Part shown: piece after piece, positions 10,822-19,483 of the stretch | How the letters are laid out: every line of letters begins with the position of its first letter | How positions within the stretch are numbered: the first letter of the stretch is position 1 | Origin: Clostridia bacterium | Lineage (GTDB): Bacteria; Bacillota; Clostridia; Acetivibrionales; UBA4821 | Direction: 5' to 3' | DNA length: 64,000 nt | Assembly (NCBI GenBank): GCA_041687355.1 | Contig: JAWLCD010000011.1 | Coordinates: 2,217-66,216 of the forward strand | Notes under the pieces: generated by a model | What the model was told of the DNA's origin: nothing | The model's database searches: none | Seen by the model: the letters and a program-made list of their open reading frames with translations, nothing else | Program-made: the position numbers and the translations under genes

Positions 10822-11250
10822 ATGAGCCGGAGGACAGCAAGAGAACTGGCGTTTAAACTGTTATTTCAATTGGAAATTCAGAAGGAAGACCGAGAAGTAC
10901 AAATTCAAAGTTTTCTGGAAGATAACGATATAGCTGAAAAAGACAGGGGTTATATACTTGATATAGTTGAAGGTACAGCTAAACGTATTGATGAGATTGA
11001 CAAAGATATTAGCAAATACCTTAAGGGCTGGAAAATAAAAAGAATTTCAAAAGTGGATTTATCAGTACTGAGACTGGCTATGTATGAAATTATGGAGAGA
11101 AATGATATACCTGAGAATGTCTCAATAAATGAAGCGATAGAAATAGCGAAGAAATACAGCGGCGAAGAATCCGGTGCATTTGTAAACGGTGTACTTGGAA
11201 GATTTGTAAAAGCAAGGTTAGTGTCTGATAAAGCAAATGAGACCGAGTAA
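10822..11250 (+). CDS. nusB: Transcription antitermination factor NusB
   Basis: [18 protein letters not shown]...; [26 protein letters not shown]-like motif; RBS GGGAGGAAAG. Confidence 0.95.
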   Translation: [142 protein letters not shown]

Positions 11251-11329
11251 TAAAGCTGACATTGAATTTCCGGATAAAGTTTAGAGGTTTGTCCGGAGTT
11301 TTGAATGATTGGTTTAGAGGGTATATGGA

Positions 11330-12544
11330 ATGAATGCTTTGCAGGTATCTCAGGTAAACAAATACATTAAGGACCTCATATCCAGGGATTTCCTCCTGAA
11401 TGATTTTTGGGTTAGGGGGGAAATATCCAATTTTAAAAACCATTCATCAGGCCATATGTACTTTACAGTCAAAGATGAATCAAGTATTTTAAGATGCGTA
11501 ATGTTTCGGGCATACTGTTCAAACCTGCGGTTTATCCCTGCAAATGGAATGAAAGTGATAATACGTGGTGGAGTAAGCGTTTTTGAGAGGGATGGGCAGT
11601 ATCAGCTTTACTGTCACGAAATGCAGCCTGATGGTCTGGGAGCTCTCTATGCGGCATTTGAACAGCTTAAATTGAAGCTTAAAGACGAAGGCCTGTTTGA
11701 CCCAGGTATTAAGAAGAAGCTGCCAGCTTTCCCCGAAAGAATTGGGGTTGTTACTTCATGCACTGGTGCAGTAATCAAAGATATAATGAACGTATCACTA
11801 CGAAGATTTCCAAATGCCAGTATAGTTTTATTTCCGGTATCGGTCCAGGGAAGCTCGTCGGCCCGGGAGATTGCTCATGCACTCGATGTTCTCAATAAGA
11901 ACAGATCTGTTGATGTAATCATACTTGCAAGGGGCGGAGGCTCACTGGAGGAACTATGGGCTTTTAATGAGGAGCTGGTGGCAAGGGCTATATACAAGTC
12001 CCAGATTCCAGTGGTATCTGCAGTGGGGCATGAGACCGATTATACAATTTCAGATATGGCAGCGGATTTAAGAGCTCCGACACCATCTGCAGCGGCAGAA
12101 CTGGTAGTTCCTGACGCAAAGGAGCTAAAGTGGAAAGTTGATTCGTTAAGAAAAGAAATGGTTCTTGCAGTCCAGTCCAGAGTGTCGGACTGCAGGTCAC
12201 GGCTCCAGAAGATAGAGAACTCAATGCCCTTAAGACAGCCGTATGAAAAAGTCTATCAATTGAGAATGATACTGGATTTAAATCACAAGCTTATTCAGAG
12301 GAATATTGCTCTAAGGATAAGAGAGAGTCGGGATAGGCTTAGAAGTCTTATAGTACATTTGAATTCACTTAGCCCGCTGGCAGTTCTAGCAAGAGGTTAT
12401 TGCATTGCATCCGATTACAGTTCAGGAAAAGTAATAAAATCCGTAAAACAGGTATGCAGGGATGGACAGGTAAACATTAAATTTGCTGACGGCAGGGCTG
12501 AATGCAAGGTTGTAGATATAAAGGGAGGACAACATGAATTTTGA
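11330..12544 (+). CDS. xseA: Exodeoxyribonuclease VII large subunit
   Basis: LQVSQVNKYIKDLI...DFWVRGEISNFKNHSSGHMYFTVKD; GRGGGSLEELWAFNEE; PVVSAVGHETDYTISD. Confidence 0.97.
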   Translation: MNALQVSQVNKYIKDLISRDFLLNDFWVRGEISNFKNHSSGHMYFTVKDESSILRCVMFRAYCSNLRFIPANGMKVIIRGGVSVFERDGQYQLYCHEMQPDGLGALYAAFEQLKLKLKDEGLFDPGIKKKLPAFPERIGVVTSCTGAVIKDIMNVSLRRFPNASIVLFPVSVQGSSSAREIAHALDVLNKNRSVDVIILARGGGSLEELWAFNEELVARAIYKSQIPVVSAVGHETDYTISDMAADLRAPTPSAAAELVVPDAKELKWKVDSLRKEMVLAVQSRVSDCRSRLQKIENSMPLRQPYEKVYQLRMILDLNHKLIQRNIALRIRESRDRLRSLIVHLNSLSPLAVLARGYCIASDYSSGKVIKSVKQVCRDGQVNIKFADGRAECKVVDIKGGQHEF

Positions 12545-12767
12545 GGAAGCTGTAAAGAAACTGGAGAAGATAGTTCAAGAGCTTGAAACTGGAGAACTGA
12601 CTCTGGATGAGTCTCTGAAGAAGTTCAAGGAAGGCATAGAACTTACATCATTATGTAATAAGAAGCTGGATGAGGCAGAGAAAAAGATATCTGTTCTTGT
12701 AGAAGGCAGTGATGGAAAGATTAGTGAGAAGCCATTTGATTTACACGGGGAGGAAGGGCTTGAATAA
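12534..12767 (+). CDS. xseB: Exodeoxyribonuclease VII small subunit
   Basis: NFEEAVKKLEKIVQELETGELTLDESLKKFKEGIEL. Confidence 0.96.
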   Translation: MNFEEAVKKLEKIVQELETGELTLDESLKKFKEGIELTSLCNKKLDEAEKKISVLVEGSDGKISEKPFDLHGEEGLE

Positions 12768-13650
12768 CATAATTTCTCAGATTGAAGACTACGTGAAGCT
12801 TATTGATGCCAGACTGAGCAGCTGTGTTGGGGAGTTGGATGTGCCGGAGAAGAAGATTTATCAGGCCATGCGATATAGCCTGCTGGCAGGAGGAAAGAGG
12901 ATAAGACCGGTACTTACCCTGTCTGTAAACGACATGTTTGGCGGTGATATTGAAGCTGCCCTACCCTTTGCATGTGCAGTAGAATTAATACATACATATT
13001 CATTGATACATGATGACCTTCCTGCATTAGACAACGATGATTACAGAAGAGGCAGAAAGACAAACCATAAGGTATTTGGCGAAAGTATGGCCATACTAGC
13101 CGGTGATGCACTGCTTAACAAGGCTTTTGAAATAATGATTGATTCACTCAAGCCTGATGTGAAATTGGCTGACAAAATAAAAGCTATGCGGGAAGTAGCT
13201 TCTGCCAGCGGTGCTAACGGTATGATTGGCGGCCAGGTGGTGGATATTGAAAGTGAAGGCTGTGAGGTTGTCGGGGACATTCTTAAATATATGCATTTGA
13301 AAAAGACCGGCTGCCTTATTAAGGCATCGGCTAAAGTGGGGGCGATAATAGCCGGTATGGGAGAGCAGGACATAAATCGGATAGACAATTATGCCCAGAA
13401 TCTAGGGCTGGCTTTTCAGATTAAGGATGATATTTTGTCTGAAGTAGGCAATGAAGCCAGGATGGGTAAGAGTGTGGGTAACGATAGGAAGAACCGTAAG
13501 TCAACCTATGTGACTATACTTGGCCTGGATGAAGCTTACAGACTACTTAACCTTACTACCAGAGATGCTGTAGAATCATTGAGCAGTTACGGAGAGAAAG
13601 CAGATTTTCTTATCGGTTTGGCAGAGTATCTGCTAAAGAGAGAATACTAG
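12760..13650 (+). CDS. ispA: Farnesyl/geranylgeranyl diphosphate synthase
   Basis: DDLPALDNDDYRRG and KDDIL motifs; GGKRIRPVLTL; TTG start overlapping xseB. Confidence 0.93.
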   Translation: MNNIISQIEDYVKLIDARLSSCVGELDVPEKKIYQAMRYSLLAGGKRIRPVLTLSVNDMFGGDIEAALPFACAVELIHTYSLIHDDLPALDNDDYRRGRKTNHKVFGESMAILAGDALLNKAFEIMIDSLKPDVKLADKIKAMREVASASGANGMIGGQVVDIESEGCEVVGDILKYMHLKKTGCLIKASAKVGAIIAGMGEQDINRIDNYAQNLGLAFQIKDDILSEVGNEARMGKSVGNDRKNRKSTYVTILGLDEAYRLLNLTTRDAVESLSSYGEKADFLIGLAEYLLKREY

Positions 13651-13660
13651 GGGGAATAAG

Positions 13661-14110
13661 GTGAATCCGGTTTTGGATATTTTTAGTAACCAGGTAATTC
13701 TGGTTCCTGCATTTGCATGGCTGGTTACCCAGGTTACAAAGGTTATTTATGATCTGGAGAAGTATAAGAAGATTGATATAAGAAGGTTCGTAGGTTCAGG
13801 CGGTATGCCAAGTTCGCATGCAGCGTTTGTGACATCGCTGGCTACAGTTGTGGGGTTGAAGGCGGGCTGGGGCTCACCGGAATTTGGTGTTGCCTTTGCT
13901 CTTGCAATGGTAGTGATGTATGATGCTACGGGTGTCAGAAGGGCAGCGGGCAAGCAGGCACAGGTTCTGAACAGGTTGATTGAGGAGTCCCAAACCAGTG
14001 GAAAGCTTACCAACCTTGACGTTAAGCTCAAAGAACTTATAGGCCATACACCGGTTGAAGTAATTGTTGGTGGGATGATAGGAATACTTTTTGGTATTCT
14101 GTTTTCATAA
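13661..14110 (+). CDS. DUF212 / YuiD-like PAP2-related membrane protein
   Basis: GGMPSSHAAFVTSLATVVGLKAGWGSPEFGVAFALAMVVMYDATGVRRAAG. Confidence 0.9.
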   Translation: MNPVLDIFSNQVILVPAFAWLVTQVTKVIYDLEKYKKIDIRRFVGSGGMPSSHAAFVTSLATVVGLKAGWGSPEFGVAFALAMVVMYDATGVRRAAGKQAQVLNRLIEESQTSGKLTNLDVKLKELIGHTPVEVIVGGMIGILFGILFS

Positions 14111-14212
14111 GAATAAGAATGCAAATAAAATCAACTTGACGTATATTCAAGCTTAACCGGCATATATATAGAACACCGCTCAAAACGGCTTAATATGAAC
14201 CTGATATGATAT

Positions 14213-14242
14213 TTGTATATATTTTATATCTTATTGTATAAT
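14213..14242 (+). promoter_or_regulatory. Putative promoter of the OLE RNA candidate
   Basis: TTGTAT (14213-14218), 18-nt spacer, TATAAT (14237-14242). Confidence 0.5.
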
Positions 14243-14257
14243 TAAATATTAATAATT

Positions 14258-14880
14258 AATGGTGGTACAGTATTCTAGTCAGAACTGCCGATTCTGAAGG
14301 CGGGCCTAAAAATCCGCTAAGGGCACATCGATGAAGTTCCTTGTGCCAGCTTGCGACGCCCAGTCGTGGGTTGGTGCTGGGAGTTAAGGATTAGGGGCGA
14401 TCTGCAATGGCATGCGGGCGTTGACCCCTTTTCCGTGGAGACCTGCTTGTGTGGTTTGTAAACCTGGGGTCAGGCTGTGAAGCTTCCGCCACAGGATTTA
14501 TTAAACTACGCTGCAGGATTAAACCTGTTATGCGGTACTATTTGTGCTGTGTACAGTGTAGCCTGCCTTGAGTGAAATTGGTGGATAGCGGGTCTGGCAG
14601 ATGTTTATTGGCCGATAATTATCTGCTAATTGCTGCTTGAAACCTCTTTTGCAAAAGAGGCTAGGGGTTGGCCAGGGCTGTTGAGGAAATCTCCTAGACT
14701 GCTCGTAAAGAAGCATTTCGGGGATTACAGTGTGGACTAAGTGGTAATCCAGTCCCTTCTCCGGCGACGGGAAGGTTTCAGGTTTAATGGGAAACCGCTG
14801 AAACGGCGACGTTTGAGTACCTGATGGGGAAAGCCTACTGGACCTAAGCCGCAAAATTTACTCGAAGTGCTACCACCATT
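14258..14880 (+). ncRNA. ole: OLE RNA (ornate, large, extremophilic) candidate
   Basis: ~620 nt GC-richer interval without a plausible conserved ORF; ends pair perfectly (AATGGTGGTA 14258-14267 with TACCACCATT 14871-14880); many internal hairpins (e.g. AACCTCTTTTGCAAAAGAGG); immediately upstream of an OapA-like gene in the isoprenoid neighbourhood (ispA...dxs). Confidence 0.9.
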
Positions 14881-14977
14881 TAATTAATAAATTGCAGCAG
14901 CTGGCTGAGTACAGCAGCAGTACATATAGAAGTAAATCTGGTTTAAAACAGATAAACAGGGGACTGGTGAAAAGTTT

Positions 14978-15616
14978 TTGAGTGAAAACCATAGTAACGG
15001 TGATGTAAAGAAAAAGGCAAGAGGTAACCCACACAAGAATAAAAGCCGGAGATGGATTATTATCCTGGTTATTACCACTATTTTTCTCTCTGTGTCTATC
15101 AGCAGTGCTTCATCTATAATAATCCAAAAGATTAACCTGTTTGTTGCAATATGCGTATTACTGGTTATAATTCTTATAGGAATACTTTTTGACATTGTAG
15201 GAATAGCTGTGGCTGCTGCGGATGAAACTCCATTTCATGCCATGGCTTCAAGTAAGGTAAAAGGCTCGAAAAACGCTATTAAACTAGTAAGGAATGCAAG
15301 TAAGGTTACAACGTTCTGTAATGACGTCGTTGGTGATGTTTGCAGTGTAATAAGCGGTTCTACCAGTGCATTCATTGTTCTTAGGCTTGCGCAGATTTTA
15401 AAAGGAATCGATATTTCAGTTCTAGGTATAGCTATAAGTGCATTGGTTGCAGCCCTTACCGTTTTGGGGAAAGGTCTGGGTAAAACTGTTGCGATATCAA
15501 AGAGCAATCAGATAGTATACAGTGTAGCGCTTATGCAATATATTGCCTTTAACAGGTTTAATATAAAAGATTTATTTAAAAAGGATTCGGAAGGGAAAGA
15601 GGATAGACATGAGTAA
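14978..15616 (+). CDS. oapA: OLE-associated membrane protein OapA candidate
   Basis: 212 aa, multiple TM segments; FDIVGIAVAAADETPFHAMASSKVKGSKNAIKLVRNA followed by DVVGD (DxxxD); downstream of the OLE RNA candidate and overlapping the dxs start. Confidence 0.88.
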   Translation: MSENHSNGDVKKKARGNPHKNKSRRWIIILVITTIFLSVSISSASSIIIQKINLFVAICVLLVIILIGILFDIVGIAVAAADETPFHAMASSKVKGSKNAIKLVRNASKVTTFCNDVVGDVCSVISGSTSAFIVLRLAQILKGIDISVLGIAISALVAALTVLGKGLGKTVAISKSNQIVYSVALMQYIAFNRFNIKDLFKKDSEGKEDRHE

Positions 15617-17501
15617 AATTCTTCCATTAGTTAATAATCCATCTGATATCAAGGGACTTACTGATGAGCAACTCGACCAGCTTGGGAGAGAGCTGAGGGA
15701 GTTTCTGATTTCGTCGGTATCAAAAACCGGCGGACACCTGGCATCAAATCTTGGTGTTGTTGAATTGACTATTGCCCTACACCTCGTATTTAATACACCT
15801 TATGACAAGGTTGTATGGGATGTTGGCCACCAGTCGTACGTACATAAAATTCTTACCGGAAGAAAGGATAGCTTTGATACCTTAAGACAACTGAATGGTA
15901 TCAGCGGGTTTCCAAAAGTTAATGAAAGTGCTCATGACTGTTTTGATACAGGACACAGCAGCACTTCTGTTTCAGCTGCACTTGGAATGGCAAGGGCAAG
16001 AGATCTTAGAAACGAAAAAAACTCGGTAGTAGCTATTATCGGGGACGGAGCACTAACCGGAGGTATGGCCTTTGAAGCTTTAAATGATGCAGGGCGGTCT
16101 CCGAACAATCTGATTGTGGTACTCAATGATAATGAGATGTCTATTGATAAAAATGTTGGCGGCCTGTCCAGCTGTCTGAACAGGATACGAACCCAGCCAA
16201 TATATTTCAAAGTCAAGAGGGACCTTGATCTCCTTCTAAAGAAGATACCTGCAATCGGACCCAAGGTTACAAAGACCATAGATAAGGCAAAGGGAACCAT
16301 CAAATACATGATGCTGCCGGGAATGTTTTTTGAAGAACTGGGTTTTAAATATATAGGTCCTGTTGACGGGCATGATGTAGGTGAACTCCGGAAAGTACTT
16401 ACAAAGGCTAAAGCACTTGGAGGGCCCGTGCTGATTCATATTCTGACCCAGAAGGGGAAGGGTTACTCATATGCTGAGAAAAATCCTCACATATTTCACG
16501 GGATATCGCCCTTTGATATTGAAACCGGGGAAATAAAAAAGAGCGTTAGCGTAAAGGATTACTCGACTGTCTTTGGAGAAGAGCTAACCGATATTGCAAG
16601 GCGTGATGAAAGTGTGGTTGCAATAACAGCCGCCATGCCTCATGGAACTGGTCTTCAGAACTTTGCTTTGGAGTTTCCGGAGAGATTTTTTGACGTAGGT
16701 ATAGCTGAACAGCATGCGGTCACAATTGCAGCCGGTCTCGCATCAGAAGGTTTTAAGCCTGTAGTTGCCATATATTCTTCATTTCTGCAGAGAGCTTATG
16801 ACCAAATAGTTCACGATGTCTGCACGCAGAACCTGCCTGTAGTTTTTGCAATTGACAGAGCGGGAATAGTAGGAAATGACGGGGAAACACATCAGGGGTT
16901 GTTTGACTTGTCCTATCTTTCTCATATACCTAATATGTCGGTAATGGCTCCGAAGGACTTCGATGAGTTCCGCCATATGCTTAGATTTTGCACTGAATTC
17001 AAGGGACCCATTGCAATACGATACCCGAGAGGGTCAGCCAAAGATATACCTGTTGAGAGAATACAACCTATTGAGTATGGCAGAGCCGAACTGCTTCAGC
17101 AAGGGGAAGATATAACCATTGCCGCCTGTGGCAAGATGGTTCGTGTTGCTCTTAAGGTGGCAAGGGAGATAATGAAGTTTGGCATGAGTGCTGATGTAAT
17201 CAATGTAAGATTTATCAAGCCCCTGGACACAAAAATGATACTAGCATCGGCTGAAAAGACCAAGAAGGTTGTAACCATGGAGGATAATGCTATAAGCGGT
17301 GGTTTTGGAAGTGCAGTCCTCCAGGCTATAGCTCAGGGTGGTATTGAGGGAGTAAAGACCAAGATGTTCGGATATCCCGATGAATTTGTAAGACATGGAA
17401 ACACAGATCAGATTCACAGGCTTTACGGTCTGGACTACCAGTCAATTGCGTGTGAGATATTGAATACCTACAAGGTGGGGAAAAAGTTTAAGGTGTTATA
17501 G
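15609..17501 (+). CDS. dxs: 1-deoxy-D-xylulose-5-phosphate synthase
   Basis: HLASNLGVVELTIALH; VWDVGHQSYVHKILTGR; GDGALTGGMAFEALNDAG; DRAGIVGNDGETHQG. Confidence 0.98.
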   Translation: MSKILPLVNNPSDIKGLTDEQLDQLGRELREFLISSVSKTGGHLASNLGVVELTIALHLVFNTPYDKVVWDVGHQSYVHKILTGRKDSFDTLRQLNGISGFPKVNESAHDCFDTGHSSTSVSAALGMARARDLRNEKNSVVAIIGDGALTGGMAFEALNDAGRSPNNLIVVLNDNEMSIDKNVGGLSSCLNRIRTQPIYFKVKRDLDLLLKKIPAIGPKVTKTIDKAKGTIKYMMLPGMFFEELGFKYIGPVDGHDVGELRKVLTKAKALGGPVLIHILTQKGKGYSYAEKNPHIFHGISPFDIETGEIKKSVSVKDYSTVFGEELTDIARRDESVVAITAAMPHGTGLQNFALEFPERFFDVGIAEQHAVTIAAGLASEGFKPVVAIYSSFLQRAYDQIVHDVCTQNLPVVFAIDRAGIVGNDGETHQGLFDLSYLSHIPNMSVMAPKDFDEFRHMLRFCTEFKGPIAIRYPRGSAKDIPVERIQPIEYGRAELLQQGEDITIAACGKMVRVALKVAREIMKFGMSADVINVRFIKPLDTKMILASAEKTKKVVTMEDNAISGGFGSAVLQAIAQGGIEGVKTKMFGYPDEFVRHGNTDQIHRLYGLDYQSIACEILNTYKVGKKFKVL

Positions 17502-17553
17502 ACTGTAGAGGGAAGCTGGAAACAGCTTCTTTTTTTTGCTTATTTCAGAGCAT

Positions 17554-17590
17554 TTGAACGTGACAGGGGACGGTTCTCTGTCACGTTTTG
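17554..17590. repeat. Hairpin carrying the GACAGGGGACGGTTCTCTGTC motif
   Basis: AACGTGACAG-GGGACGGTT-CTCTGTCACGTT downstream of dxs; related to the palindrome at 47936-47995. Coordinates approximate. Confidence 0.7.
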
Positions 17591-17790
17591 GATATTCTTA
17601 TCAAGAGAGGTGTGAAAAGTAAGGTTCTGAAAAGTTACTCTAGAATGCTTTAGATTATTTGTAACAAGTTTGTTAATAAATTGTATTGTAAATGAAAGAA
17701 CAAAAATATAAAGATTCTTGTCAAAAAATACGATAAATCTAGTGAAATACCACCACTTTATGAAAACAAAGGAATTTTTATTAGAATATA

Positions 17791-17839
17791 TTGACATAGA
17801 ACACGTGTTCGTATATAATAAAAATGCGAACAGTTGTTC
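17791..17839 (+). promoter_or_regulatory. SOS promoter with two LexA boxes
   Basis: TTGACA (17791-17796), 17-nt spacer containing GAACACGTGTTC (17799-17810), TATAAT (17814-17819); second box GAACAGTTGTTC at 17828-17839. Confidence 0.88.
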
Positions 17840-17856
17840 TAATGGAGGGAGTTAAT

Positions 17857-18147
17857 ATGGTTTCAAAGAGAATTAAGATTAAAGACCCAACAAGATTAAA
17901 ATTATTTTGCTTTGTTATATTCTTTATAACGGTTTTACTTCTTCAAAGTAAGTGGCTCTATAGTTCTGATTACCAACGTACCAAATGGGTTGTTGTGTCA
18001 GCAGGGGAAAGTTTATGGGATATAGCTGCAAGATATAAATCTGATAGGGAGGATATAAGAAATTACATGTATAAGATAAAAGAAATCAATATGCTTAAGT
18101 CGAGTATGGTGTTGGAAGGGCAGGAACTGGAATTACCTGTACAGTAA
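17857..18147 (+). CDS. LysM-domain single-TM protein, YneA-like SOS cell division suppressor candidate
   Basis: N-terminal TM then WVVVSAGESLWDIAARYKSDREDIRNYMYKIKEINML...GQELELP; RBS ATGGAGGGAG; LexA boxes upstream. Confidence 0.85.
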   Translation: MVSKRIKIKDPTRLKLFCFVIFFITVLLLQSKWLYSSDYQRTKWVVVSAGESLWDIAARYKSDREDIRNYMYKIKEINMLKSSMVLEGQELELPVQ

Positions 18148-18405
18148 ATGGTTGGTTGAGATTAGGATTTGAATAAGTTATATAGAAAAATCGATGAAAA
18201 GCTGTGTATATAATACATGGCTTTTTGTGTTGCAGCATATCCCGGATTAAGCACATCTACTGCTTCGCTAAAGGAGCTTCTCCTTGAATATAGGGAAATG
18301 AATTAACCAACGAATCAATCTTCCTGCCTTAGGGAATATTTAACATAGAAAGGCCGATAAAACATTATGTGTATACAGTAACAAGGGAAAGGCTGAAAAT
18401 AAGCA

Positions 18406-19476
18406 TTGATTATGAAAGGTATAGGATTGGAAAACCGTATAAGTCTAATTTATAGATTTTTATCCAGGGTGTTTCCAAAGGTTGATATGGAACTTGCCAG
18501 GTGGGTAAGAGAAATCCGCTGTTTTGGTTCTGATGAGCTGGCCTACCAGGCAATGGCAAGCATAAGGCTGAAGAAGTTTCACTGCCAGGGAGGAAGTATT
18601 TTTTCTCTGTATCCGGGCTGCAATACTGACAGGATGATTGAACTGATTGTTGCACTGCAAACCATCAGCGACTACCTTGATAACCTTTGTGATAGGTGTG
18701 GCTTTCAGGAGGAAAGAGCTTTCAGACAGCTACACCTTGCATTTATTGAGGCACTTGAGCCTGAAGGAGCATTATCTGACTATTATCTATACTATCCCTT
18801 TCGAGATGACGGAGGATACCTATCCAAACTTGTTGGTACATGCAGAGAGTGTGTTAATGAATTGCCTTTATACAGGAATGTCCGGGAACGAATAATGAAG
18901 TTGGGAGAGCTATATTCCGAGCTTCAGATATACAAGCATCTCTCCCCGAATATCAGAGAACATAAAGTAATCAGCTGGACCCTCCCAAACCTTAAAGAAT
19001 ATAGAGATATTACAAGCTGGGAATTTGCTGCAGCCTCTGGTTCAACTCTCGCAATATTTATGATGTTTGCTCTGTCAAGCAGTTCAAGTCGGCTTGATAA
19101 GGATATAGACGCTGCTTTTGAAGCTTATTTTCCGTGGATTTGCGGACTGCATATTCTGCTTGATTATTTTATCGATCTCAAAGAGGATAGGGAATGGGGG
19201 GATTTAAATTTTGTATCTTTCTATTCGGATATGTCTGAGGCTGAGGATAGGTTAAAACTCTTCATAGAAAAATCCATAGATAGGGCTGGGAAACTACCAA
19301 ATAATTATTTCCACAGAGTGGTAGTGCAGGGCCTCTTAGCACTGTACCTCTCTGACCCAAAGATTGAACTGGGAAGCCAGGGGGCTATTGGGAGGAGACT
19401 GGTAAACAAGGGCGGAGGCACAGCGTATACCTTGTGGAGAATATGTAGAAGATTAAGAAGCAAAGGTTTTATTTAA
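18406..19476 (+). CDS. DUF2600 / YtpB-like tetraprenyl-beta-curcumene synthase family (large terpene synthase)
   Basis: QTISDYLDNLCDR; CRECVNELPLY; WEFAAASGSTLAIF; FPWICGLHILLDYFIDLKEDREWGDLNFVSF; NKGGGTAYTLW. Confidence 0.88.
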   Translation: MIMKGIGLENRISLIYRFLSRVFPKVDMELARWVREIRCFGSDELAYQAMASIRLKKFHCQGGSIFSLYPGCNTDRMIELIVALQTISDYLDNLCDRCGFQEERAFRQLHLAFIEALEPEGALSDYYLYYPFRDDGGYLSKLVGTCRECVNELPLYRNVRERIMKLGELYSELQIYKHLSPNIREHKVISWTLPNLKEYRDITSWEFAAASGSTLAIFMMFALSSSSSRLDKDIDAAFEAYFPWICGLHILLDYFIDLKEDREWGDLNFVSFYSDMSEAEDRLKLFIEKSIDRAGKLPNNYFHRVVVQGLLALYLSDPKIELGSQGAIGRRLVNKGGGTAYTLWRICRRLRSKGFI

Positions 19477-19483
19477 CAATATG

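Noticed and set aside
14528-14854. Minus-strand 108-aa ORF inside the OLE interval
   Set aside because: Low-complexity, unlike any protein and embedded in a structured ncRNA; lacks a convincing RBS.
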